Of a stretch of 36,550 nucleotides of DNA, positions 1-8,222 are shown in pieces (positions within the stretch are counted from its first letter, which is position 1; the number at the start of each line of letters is the position of its first letter). The notes beneath the pieces were generated by a model. It was not told the DNA's origin. It did not search any database and saw only the letters and a program-made list of their open reading frames with translations. The translations under genes were made by a program, and so were the position numbers. Source of the DNA: Planctomyces sp. (GTDB taxonomy: Bacteria; Planctomycetota; Planctomycetia; Planctomycetales; Planctomycetaceae); contig JAYVSP010000179.1 in NCBI GenBank assembly GCA_043775215.1, positions 1-36,550 of the forward strand. The letters are read 5' to 3'.

Positions 1-60
1 AACTTCTGGTTTCAGACGGGCGGAAAAGGACGACCGGTCTATTTCTTCGGACGCATCAGC

Positions 61-327
61 ATGCTCTTGATGGCAACCGCCGCGCTGGCCTCGTTAGGAT
101 TTGTCGCGAGCCTCGTCATAGGATCATCGGCTGCAGCGTGGTCACTCATTGGAATGACTTTGGGAACAGGATTGGCAGCCGCCGGATTTCTGGCGTTGGG
201 AGTTGGCTTGGAACTCGTGAATGAAACGCACGCCGCCTTGATAGACCATCGCAGCCTGAAAATCGCTGCCGTCCGGCCTGAACCTGCGGAATCCGAGTCA
301 GTGACGTCACAACGTCACGCGGCTTGA
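61..327 (+). CDS. small hypothetical membrane protein (88 aa)
   Basis: ORF track, ATG start. Two Ala/Gly/Leu-rich hydrophobic stretches (LLMATAALASLGFVASLVIG, GTGLAAAGFLALGVGL). No recognisable family. Confidence 0.4.
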   Translation: MLLMATAALASLGFVASLVIGSSAAAWSLIGMTLGTGLAAAGFLALGVGLELVNETHAALIDHRSLKIAAVRPEPAESESVTSQRHAA

Positions 328-329
328 TT

Positions 330-380
330 CTCAGTCGCGGAGCAACTGAGCTACGTAGGCGAGTCGCTCCCGCGACTCGC
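330..380. repeat. head-to-head pair of REP-like hairpins joined at CTAC|GTAG
   Basis: ctcagtcgcggagcaactgag-CTAC|GTAG-gcgagtcgctcccgcgactcgc. Each half is a GTAG head followed by a palindrome with an AGTCGC..GCGACT core. Confidence 0.7.
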
Positions 381-442
381 ATTCTGAACGTCGGTTGATT
401 CCCGATGTTGCGATTTGCGGTGATCGATCGCGTCTCGGGAAT

Positions 443-467
443 CTCAGTCGCGGAGCGACTGAGCTAC
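443..467 (-). repeat. REP-like hairpin, same family as 330-354
   Basis: ctcagtcgcggagcgactgag (perfect 8-bp stem tcagtcgc/gcgactga) followed by ctac. The minus strand reads GTAG + palindrome. One mismatch relative to the 330-354 copy. Confidence 0.7.
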
Positions 468-670
468 GTGCTTGACGCCTCTTCCTGAGGAGTCGGTCGG
501 AAGTCTTGGAAAGATAGCCGAACTTTTCGGACGAAGTTTTGGAGAGAGATCGTCGCGATTATGAAGTTGACTGTATTTGAGACTTGAACAGTCTGAACAT
601 GGGCTTAAACTCGTGCCGCGTGCTGGCAAAGAATAAGCCGCGTCATGGACGACTCCGATTAAGGACCGTC

Positions 671-3600
671 ATGACCACACCCCCTTCTCGACCCTTCGTG
701 CCTCGCGAGTTTCCCGATGTTTTTCGGGAAGAACTGGACCTGATCGCGAGCCGTCGCAAAGCCGCGATACCTCGGAATGAGGACCAATTGCTAGCGGATC
801 GGCTAGTCAATGTGGACGCGGAAAAATTGCAACACGAGCTTGTCGGATTGGCGCTTTCTGGCGGCGGAGTCCGATCAGCCGCCTTCAACTTGGGTCTGCT
901 GCAAGCGTTCCATGAACATGACTCTTTGCGGCAGGTGGACTATCTCTCGACCGTTTCTGGTGGCGGATATGTTGGCTCGCATCTGTCATCTCTGGCGATG
1001 CATCCGCAGGCGAAGTTTGATTGGGAGTGCGACAAGCTGGCCCAGCAATCAGGACCGCGAGCGACTGCGACAGATTGCCCGCAAGAATTTGGAGCGAAAG
1101 CTCAAAGCAAATTCGACGAAACGGTTAATCCGGTGCATGCCACGCTCGGTGCGGGCCATCGCGGTCTCGCGGCGGAAGCCGTAAAACGGATCGCAAAACG
1201 CTGCCGGTATCTGGCGAACCCATCACATTTCCTCAACCGGCAGTTGATCGGGGCCGTGTGTTTGAATGCCGTGACGCTCAGTGGTCTGCTGGCATTGGCA
1301 GCGATCGTGGCTTGGGGGTTTCGAACGTTGGACGGTCGCGAGACGATGTGGTTCTTAGATGCTGCAGGCGTGCGCGGCGACATTTCACGAGCCATGTTGC
1401 CGTCCGTGCTGCTGTTCGGGGGTTGGTTGCTGGCCTGGATGCTCGCGTTCTTTCGTGACCGCGACAAAGCGCATGGCCATGTCGCGAAAATCCTGCTCAT
1501 GCTGTGGTTGATTGCCACCTTACTGGGAATTGCATCATTGGCTGGTCTGGGTGATGTTGGGATCGCAGAGCATACGAAGCAGTCCCGCAGCCTTGCGCCG
1601 AACATCGATCGACAGGTCACCGATTGGTTCGGCAAGCTGGGCTATGCGGCTTTGATCGCGATCGGCGGCGCGCTGCTGCCCTATCTCAGTCCGAAAGCGT
1701 TGCTGCGGAGCGCCACGGTCAATCGCCGGGGAATCTCCGGACTGATCTATCGCACCTCGACATGGGCAATGCTCTTTGGAGTTCCGCTCGTCCTATTTTG
1801 GTACATGTCCCAAGAAGATGTTTCCGGGTGGAATAATCAGCGAACGGCCCCGATAGTTTTGCCGGGAATTGGCGTGATCAAGGACGCTGATGAATCAAGC
1901 ACTGCGAAGACAGCAGATGTGACCACGTCACCTTCCATGATGCCCGCGGCCAAGCTGGTTCTTAGCAACCTTGGGGTAATGGACGATCCCCAAGCATTGA
2001 AAAAGCGGGTGCAAGATCACCTGACAGCGATCGGCATTCAGTCCAATGATTTAACGTATCTGGAGAAATATGATTTAAGATATTCCATACGCAGTCCGGC
2101 AGAGTTTTGGAGTCAGGTGGAACGCTGCAGCGCTGTGGAGGGGCTTGGAAGAGGGTGGTTTTTGCCATTTCGGCAAGAACAAAGAAGTCATGCTGCGGAG
2201 TTAACGGCCACACTCCACCATGACCAGTTGCTGCCGCCGAGTTTGGCGCAGAAGTTTCAGAATACGGCCAATGGAGTCTTCAAGCGAATCACTCACGATC
2301 CCAGGACGCTCGAAGAAAAATACCGGCGAGTCGAAAAGAAAGAATCACTGTGGAGTCTGGTCGGTGGTTCGTTGTTGTATTTATTCACTGGTTACGATGA
2401 CACGTATTTCGGCTATCAATGGGAGCGCAAGCGACAATTTACCGAGGGCTGGGATGAACTTGCGAAAGCAATCAGTGCCGAGGTTTTGGCTGATGTCAAC
2501 ATGTCTAGTTATGTCGCCAACTCTGCGGCTCTCACCGAAGATATTCTCAAAACGAATCCCAAAGCTGCCGATTTGAGGCCGTTATTGGTCAAGGCGGAGT
2601 CACTGAAATCCGAATTGACTCGCCTTCTACTCGCGATTCGCCAGACAGAGTTGCAGAGCACGAGCGGCACCCGAGCCAGCCCGACAAGCGTGGAGGCCGC
2701 TCTGGTGACGGTACTTCGTGTCGATCCCCGAAACTTGAAGGTCGACCGTTTCGATGAGAGGCGCGCTTCGGCCATGAAACTGGTCAAACTTTGTGAACAA
2801 GTCCGCCAGACAAATCGCGAGATTTTGCAGTCTTTGTGTCCAGAACACATCACATTGCCGGACACGATTTTCGCGAGTGTCGTTCAAGAGCATGATCAGG
2901 AACACCGGCTGTGGATGGCAGGATGCATGGGATCGACGTGGCTGGTGCTGAGCATGTTGGTCAGCCTGAATGCCATTTCGATTCAGGGAGTTTACCGCGA
3001 CGCCCTCAGTCGGGCGTGGATCGTCGATGCCACTCAGCAAAACGGCGAATCACAGACGCTGGGCGAATTGGTTGCAGCCGCCAAACGTGGCTGCCCGTAT
3101 CATCTGGTGACCGGCGCCATGAGTTTCGGAGCAAGCTGGGATTTTGAGCCAACGGGCACGCCATTTCTCTTCTCGCCGTTGTATTGCGGCAGTGAATCCA
3201 CCGGGTACGTCCCCAGCACTCGATATCAAAACGGCACAATGACGCTCTCTGACGCGATGGGAATTTCGGGTGCTGCTGTCGCGCCTCCGCAGGTTACGGA
3301 TCCTCTGGGTCGCACGCTGCTGATTCTGGCGAACTTCCGCATGGGAACTTGGTTGCCGAATCCCTTGAAAGGCTGCTGGCATCTCGATGCTCACAGTCTC
3401 CCTTGGATTCAACGAATGGCAATCCAGTTTTGGTCGGAGTACCCGCAAACGCCCGGGCGAGTCTATCTTCAGTGGTTCCTCTGGCAGTGGTTCTTTCCGG
3501 AACGGCAGACCTCGTTCGTGTATGTGAGTGACGGCGGACATCATGAGAACTTAGCAATTGAGGAATTACTCAAGCGTCGCTGCCGGCTCATCATTCTCTC

Positions 3601-4678
3601 CGACGCCGCGGAAGACTCGAAGTATTCTTTTTCCGACTTTATCAATGCAGCACATCGACTCAGTTCACAGGTGCGATTCGAACGACTGGACTGCGCCGAG
3701 CGTGATGCGATTCTGGATCCGGCCAAAACTGGCCTTTTTGAGCCGCTGATTCCTCAGGCCAATACCGGTTACACGGCAAAGCACTTCATTGTTTTGCGCA
3801 TCAAATACCTCAGCGATCTTCCTGAATCAGAATCGCAGACAGGTTATTTGATCTACATCAAACCAACGCTCACTGGCGACGAAGATCCCGGATTGCTCGG
3901 ATTTCGTACGCTGAGTCCCGAATTCCCACACGATCCAACCTCTAATCAGTTGTTCGAGGATGATAAGTTTGAGGCATACCGCCGATTGGGTTATCACATC
4001 GGGTGTGAGCTATCGACGTTCGCCCGCGGAGCGAAGTCGGATTCGTCTTGGTTGGGCAACTGGAATCCGCCTGCCGAAATCATCGGTGCAGCCGTGCATC
4101 CGAAAGTTGGCGGAGCGACGTCGGATCCCGAAATGTTGACTCTGCTCGAGATTGCTGAGGATTCGCGTGCCGATGTGCTCGAACGTTGGTTCGCGATGCG
4201 AGAACTCGCGGACTTGGGAGAAAAACATGCTTGGCCGGTATTGCTGCGTCTCTTGAAAGATCCGAAGAGGCAGGTTGCCTTCGTAGCATTTCTCACCTTG
4301 TGGCGACTTTCCCAGGGAGGTGCCGACGTCGGAATTGCGGCACTCAATTCCCCGCACCTCCGCGTCCAATTGGAATGTCTACGGCTGATGCGCGAGACCC
4401 TGCATCAGAACACATCCCAACAATTCTTCTCTGGAGCGCATGGCGACTTCTTCACGGCGACACTCTCCCTCTTCCGCCTGCCTCGGGTAACCGGGCTTTC
4501 AAAGATCGAAGAACGCCTCTGGACTGAAGCATTGAAACTTCTGGACGTGTTTGCCGCGCGGGGTTTTTCCGAGTCCTTCCGGAAGCCATTTGAACGCCAG
4601 ATGTTCGCCGTCTCATCGTGCGAATCAATACCGCAGCAGGTGCGTGATTTAGCCGATGTGCTGCGGTCGCGACTGTGA
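671..4678 (+). CDS. very large patatin/cPLA2-like phospholipase with an internal multi-TM insertion and a C-terminal HEAT-like repeat region
   Basis: ORF 584..4678. Alternative starts are TTG 584 and ATG 599; ATG 671 is preferred. Glycine-rich oxyanion motif LSGGGVRSAAFNLG. Nucleophile elbow TVSGGGYVG. Catalytic Asp motif VSDGGHHENLAIEELL lies about 855 aa downstream. Hydrophobic helices at roughly aa 220-420. C-terminus ELADLGEKHAWPVLLRLLKDPKRQV is HEAT/PBS-lyase-like. Confidence 0.85.
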   Translation: MTTPPSRPFVPREFPDVFREELDLIASRRKAAIPRNEDQLLADRLVNVDAEKLQHELVGLALSGGGVRSAAFNLGLLQAFHEHDSLRQVDYLSTVSGGGYVGSHLSSLAMHPQAKFDWECDKLAQQSGPRATATDCPQEFGAKAQSKFDETVNPVHATLGAGHRGLAAEAVKRIAKRCRYLANPSHFLNRQLIGAVCLNAVTLSGLLALAAIVAWGFRTLDGRETMWFLDAAGVRGDISRAMLPSVLLFGGWLLAWMLAFFRDRDKAHGHVAKILLMLWLIATLLGIASLAGLGDVGIAEHTKQSRSLAPNIDRQVTDWFGKLGYAALIAIGGALLPYLSPKALLRSATVNRRGISGLIYRTSTWAMLFGVPLVLFWYMSQEDVSGWNNQRTAPIVLPGIGVIKDADESSTAKTADVTTSPSMMPAAKLVLSNLGVMDDPQALKKRVQDHLTAIGIQSNDLTYLEKYDLRYSIRSPAEFWSQVERCSAVEGLGRGWFLPFRQEQRSHAAELTATLHHDQLLPPSLAQKFQNTANGVFKRITHDPRTLEEKYRRVEKKESLWSLVGGSLLYLFTGYDDTYFGYQWERKRQFTEGWDELAKAISAEVLADVNMSSYVANSAALTEDILKTNPKAADLRPLLVKAESLKSELTRLLLAIRQTELQSTSGTRASPTSVEAALVTVLRVDPRNLKVDRFDERRASAMKLVKLCEQVRQTNREILQSLCPEHITLPDTIFASVVQEHDQEHRLWMAGCMGSTWLVLSMLVSLNAISIQGVYRDALSRAWIVDATQQNGESQTLGELVAAAKRGCPYHLVTGAMSFGASWDFEPTGTPFLFSPLYCGSESTGYVPSTRYQNGTMTLSDAMGISGAAVAPPQVTDPLGRTLLILANFRMGTWLPNPLKGCWHLDAHSLPWIQRMAIQFWSEYPQTPGRVYLQWFLWQWFFPERQTSFVYVSDGGHHENLAIEELLKRRCRLIILSDAAEDSKYSFSDFINAAHRLSSQVRFERLDCAERDAILDPAKTGLFEPLIPQANTGYTAKHFIVLRIKYLSDLPESESQTGYLIYIKPTLTGDEDPGLLGFRTLSPEFPHDPTSNQLFEDDKFEAYRRLGYHIGCELSTFARGAKSDSSWLGNWNPPAEIIGAAVHPKVGGATSDPEMLTLLEIAEDSRADVLERWFAMRELADLGEKHAWPVLLRLLKDPKRQVAFVAFLTLWRLSQGGADVGIAALNSPHLRVQLECLRLMRETLHQNTSQQFFSGAHGDFFTATLSLFRLPRVTGLSKIEERLWTEALKLLDVFAARGFSESFRKPFERQMFAVSSCESIPQQVRDLADVLRSRL

Positions 4679-4682
4679 ACCA

Positions 4683-4710
4683 GTAGCCCCGCCGACTCTG
4701 TACCGGCGGG
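4683..4710 (+). repeat. GTAG-headed hairpin between convergent genes (REP-like or terminator-like)
   Basis: GTAG-c-cccgccg-actctgtac-cggcggg. 7-bp GC stem directly after the phospholipase stop. No T-run follows. Confidence 0.45.
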
Positions 4711-4757
4711 TTATCGACGAGATCATGACGAGCATCTGATGGCAAGGCTTTGTCGTG

Positions 4758-5498
4758 CTACTTGGCGGACAGTGTGGCCACCAGAATTCCCGTCGCAACG
4801 GAAACGTTCAGCGACGTAACTGCGCCTTGTGGAGTGATGCGGCAGACTGCGTCGCAGTGCTCCTGTGTCAGGCGGCGCATTCCTTTTTCTTCATTGCCGA
4901 CAACCAACAGCCAGGGACGTCCGCGGTCGACGGCTGTAACGTCGTCGGTCGCGTGCTCGGACGTGCCGAGAACCCACAGGCCGGATTCCTTCGCGGCGGT
5001 GACGGCACGAGCCAAGTTCGGCACGAGTGAGAACGGCACATGCTCAACTCCTCCTGCCGCGACGTCATAGACTGTCCCGTTTATCGGAGCGGAGCGATCC
5101 TTGGTGATGACGATGCCCTGCACGCCGAAGAAGGCCGCCGTGCGGAAGATCGCGCCGACGTTGTGCGGGTCTTGCAGATTGTCGAGCGCTAGCCACAGAC
5201 CATGTCCATTCGCTCGAGTCGCCGCGTCGGCGAAGAGCTGCTCAATCGACACGTCGGCTCGTTCGCGAACGATTGCCGACATACCGGTCTCGCGACCTTC
5301 TTTCTCGCCTCCGCGACGGTCTCGCGACGACGGCCGGCCACCGCGGGTCACACGAATCGCGTTCGCCTGGGCGACATCGAGCACTTCGGACCACGCGGCA
5401 CTCGGCGCGTCGCTCGCCACTTGAATGTCGAAGACGTCGCGCGGCCGAGTTTCAATCGCGGCCAGGACGGCGTGCGGGTTCTTCAGTTCAAGTGACAC
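4758..5498 (-). CDS. SpoU/TrmH-family RNA 2'-O-methyltransferase
   Basis: Motifs LDNLQDPHNVGAIFRTAAFFG, LLVVGNEEKGMRRL and VTSLNVSVATGILV are typical of the SPOUT class. Confidence 0.85.
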   Translation of the reverse strand: MSLELKNPHAVLAAIETRPRDVFDIQVASDAPSAAWSEVLDVAQANAIRVTRGGRPSSRDRRGGEKEGRETGMSAIVRERADVSIEQLFADAATRANGHGLWLALDNLQDPHNVGAIFRTAAFFGVQGIVITKDRSAPINGTVYDVAAGGVEHVPFSLVPNLARAVTAAKESGLWVLGTSEHATDDVTAVDRGRPWLLVVGNEEKGMRRLTQEHCDAVCRITPQGAVTSLNVSVATGILVATLSAK

Positions 5499-5630
5499 GG
5501 ATCAGCTCCTCGTTGATTTGGGTTCGTTAATATTTTTGTGCCTCGTTTTCGGTCCTTGCGTCTTTTTTGTTCCCTTGCGTTCGTTTGTCCCCATCGAAAG
5601 GACAAAAGGGATGCAAATGACGCGCAAACA

Positions 5631-6428
5631 TCAACCCAACATGGCGCCCGCACGTTGCCGCTGAGCTTCATAGAACAGTACGCCGGCGGACACGGCCGCG
5701 TTCAATGACTCCACGGCTCCGAACTGTGGGATCGTGACCAATTCGTCGCAGGCTTCAAGCAACTCCGGGCGAATCCCTGAGCCTTCGTTGCCAATCACAA
5801 TCGCAGCGGGGACTGTCAGATCACAGTCGAAGACCGGCCGCGAAGCGATGTGGCTCGCACCAATCAGGCGAATGCCGCGCGAGTGAAGCTGCCCTGCGAG
5901 GCTCAGCAAATCATCGGCCTGAGCGATCCGCAAATGATTGACCGCTCCGGCAGAACTGCGGGCCACCTGGGCAGTGACTTCAACCTGCCCGCGCACGGGA
6001 ACAAACAACGCATCAACTCCCAGCACATGAGCCGATCGAATCACCGCTCCGAAATTGTGCGGGTCTTGAATGCCGTCCAAGAGGCCAAACAACGGGCACG
6101 GTTTCGCGGCGGACAGGACAACTTCAACCGGGTCGTACGGAAAAGGCGCCATCTTGGCCAGAAAACCTTGATGCTCACGCGAGTGGCACCGCTGCGTGAG
6201 CCGTTCAGGAGGGCACTTGAAGAAATCAAAACGCTCCTGTTGTCTCGCGAAGTCGACAGCGAACTTCAAATCCTCGATCGGCAACTGATCGCTGACGTGC
6301 AGTTCCAGCACGGGCCAGCGACCGGCACGGAGCGTTTCCATGACAACGTGCCGTCCCCACAGCCAGCATTTCTGATGATTGCCGAGCAACTCGGATTTGC
6401 CTTTTTGCCGGCGATATCGCTCGACCAT
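5631..6428 (-). CDS. SpoU/TrmH-family RNA 2'-O-methyltransferase, RlmB-like with N-terminal substrate-binding domain
   Basis: GRHVVMETLRAGRWPVLELHV (SpoU_sub_bind-like), LDGIQDPHNFGAVIRSAHVLG, IVIGNEGSGIRPEL, VESLNAAVSAGVLFYE. Confidence 0.85.
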   Translation of the reverse strand: MVERYRRQKGKSELLGNHQKCWLWGRHVVMETLRAGRWPVLELHVSDQLPIEDLKFAVDFARQQERFDFFKCPPERLTQRCHSREHQGFLAKMAPFPYDPVEVVLSAAKPCPLFGLLDGIQDPHNFGAVIRSAHVLGVDALFVPVRGQVEVTAQVARSSAGAVNHLRIAQADDLLSLAGQLHSRGIRLIGASHIASRPVFDCDLTVPAAIVIGNEGSGIRPELLEACDELVTIPQFGAVESLNAAVSAGVLFYEAQRQRAGAMLG

Positions 6429-6779
6429 GACCGCCTCAGCGCGTTTTGTGGCGAACCGGGCGGCGTTAGCCCCCGGCCGGTTATTGTTACGGCTTCATCG
6501 AAGAAGGTAATAAGGAATTGGCTGCGTGTCGTCATGGCGGTCGAGAAAATCGGACCGGTTGCCTCGTTCTATTGGCCACATTAGGAATTCGACAGCATCA
6601 TCAAGGTGGCGTTCAAACGTCGTAAACTTTGTCGATTCTTCAACGCGGTTGGGTTATGAATGCCGCCGTTTTTTCCGCTCGCCGCGCGCCGGTGCGTTGG
6701 CGGGACAATGATGTGTACTTCCCACGACACAAGGCGCGTGCCTGCGGCGTGCGGTTAATCGATCACGAAAGACCAGACA

Positions 6780-8222
6780 ATGCGTCTCGCAGTTCAACGG
6801 ATGATTCGGATTGTGGTCGTGCTAATTGTGATCGTCGGCTTGCCAATCCTCGGTTTCGAAGGGATACCGCGACTCAAAGAGTGGTGGGACCGTCGTCATC
6901 CGCACGTCGATTCCGCCTCCATTCTGGCCGAGAAGGCGATGCCTCGTGGAGCGCTGGTTGACGCCAAGACGTTGCGATTGCCCCTTGAAGTCATCGAAAC
7001 GCTGCAAGTTCAGATGGCCGAGGTGCAGCCCGCGCTCACCTCGGACACGCTCAAGCTGGAAGGTTCCTTGTTTCTGGACGCGAACCGGCTGGTGCATGTC
7101 AATCCTCGCTTCTCCGGGGACGTGATTGAGTTGGGGCAGATTGAGGTTTCCGCGAGCGATCAGATCCCGACATCGGAAAAAAAGACCCCCTCGCGATCGG
7201 TCAGCTTTGGGGACGTTGTGCGCAAGGGTCAGCTTCTGGCGGTGATCTGGAGCAAAGAACTGGGCGAGAAGAAAAGCGAACTGGTTGAAGGTTTGACCAA
7301 ACTGCGATTCGATGAAGAAAAACTGAAGCGTTTGGAAGACTTGCTCGCGAAAGGGGCAGTGCCCGAGCGTACCGTGTTCGATGCGCGGCACGATGTCGAG
7401 TCGGACATCATCACGATTGCTCGCGTCGAACGGACGTTGCGGTCGTGGCGGCTGACCTCCGAACAAATTCAGGCGATTCGCGAAGAGGCAGAACGAGTCC
7501 GCGCTCACAAGGGGGACTGGCACGCGGAACTCGATGACACTTGGGCGCGGGTCGAAATCCGCGCGCCGATGGACGGGACGATCGTCGAGAAGAACATGGC
7601 GGTTGGAGATTTCGTGAGCACTGATCTCGATCTTTTCAAAATCGCTGATTTGCGGCGGCTGGATGTTCTCGCGCATGTTTATGAGGAAGACATTTCCTTG
7701 CTCGAAGCGTTGCCTGCCGAACAGCGGCGCTGGGCCATCCGATTGAACGCGGAACCGCAATCGCAGCCGTTGGAGGGAAGTTTCCAGCGAATCGGTAACT
7801 TGATCGATCCCGCGCAGCACACGGCTTTGGTGATGGGCTGGGTCGACAACTCGGCGGGACGCTTGCGGGCGGGACAATTCATCTCCGCCCAGATCACGTT
7901 GCCTCCGGACCCGGATGAGGTGGTGATTCCGTTGTCGGCGCTGGTCGATCTCGAGGGCGAGTCGCGCGTGTTCGTGGAGACCGACTCCGACACTCATGAG
8001 TTCACTTTGCGTCACGTGTTACCGACTCGCCGACGGAACCAGTCGGTGTTCGTCTCCTCGAAGTCGCAAGCAAGACAAGATCAATCGCCGACGGACGTAC
8101 TGAGGGTCGGCGAGCGTGTGGTCGCGGTCGGAGGAGTGGAAATGGCGGCGGAACTGGAAGCGTTGCGTGCCGCCGCGCGCACGACAGTCTCAACCAAAGC
8201 AACGGCGCAGAGCACACCATGA
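6780..8222 (+). CDS. RND efflux periplasmic adaptor (membrane fusion protein, CzcB/HlyD-like)
   Basis: N-terminal TM anchor IRIVVVLIVIVGLPILGF. Coiled-coil hairpin region (ELVEGLTKLRFDEEKLKRLEDLLAKGAV). Beta-barrel motifs (IRAPMDGTIVEKNMAVGDFV). Stop overlaps the start of the RND permease (ATGA at 8219-8222). Confidence 0.85.
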   Translation: MRLAVQRMIRIVVVLIVIVGLPILGFEGIPRLKEWWDRRHPHVDSASILAEKAMPRGALVDAKTLRLPLEVIETLQVQMAEVQPALTSDTLKLEGSLFLDANRLVHVNPRFSGDVIELGQIEVSASDQIPTSEKKTPSRSVSFGDVVRKGQLLAVIWSKELGEKKSELVEGLTKLRFDEEKLKRLEDLLAKGAVPERTVFDARHDVESDIITIARVERTLRSWRLTSEQIQAIREEAERVRAHKGDWHAELDDTWARVEIRAPMDGTIVEKNMAVGDFVSTDLDLFKIADLRRLDVLAHVYEEDISLLEALPAEQRRWAIRLNAEPQSQPLEGSFQRIGNLIDPAQHTALVMGWVDNSAGRLRAGQFISAQITLPPDPDEVVIPLSALVDLEGESRVFVETDSDTHEFTLRHVLPTRRRNQSVFVSSKSQARQDQSPTDVLRVGERVVAVGGVEMAAELEALRAAARTTVSTKATAQSTP

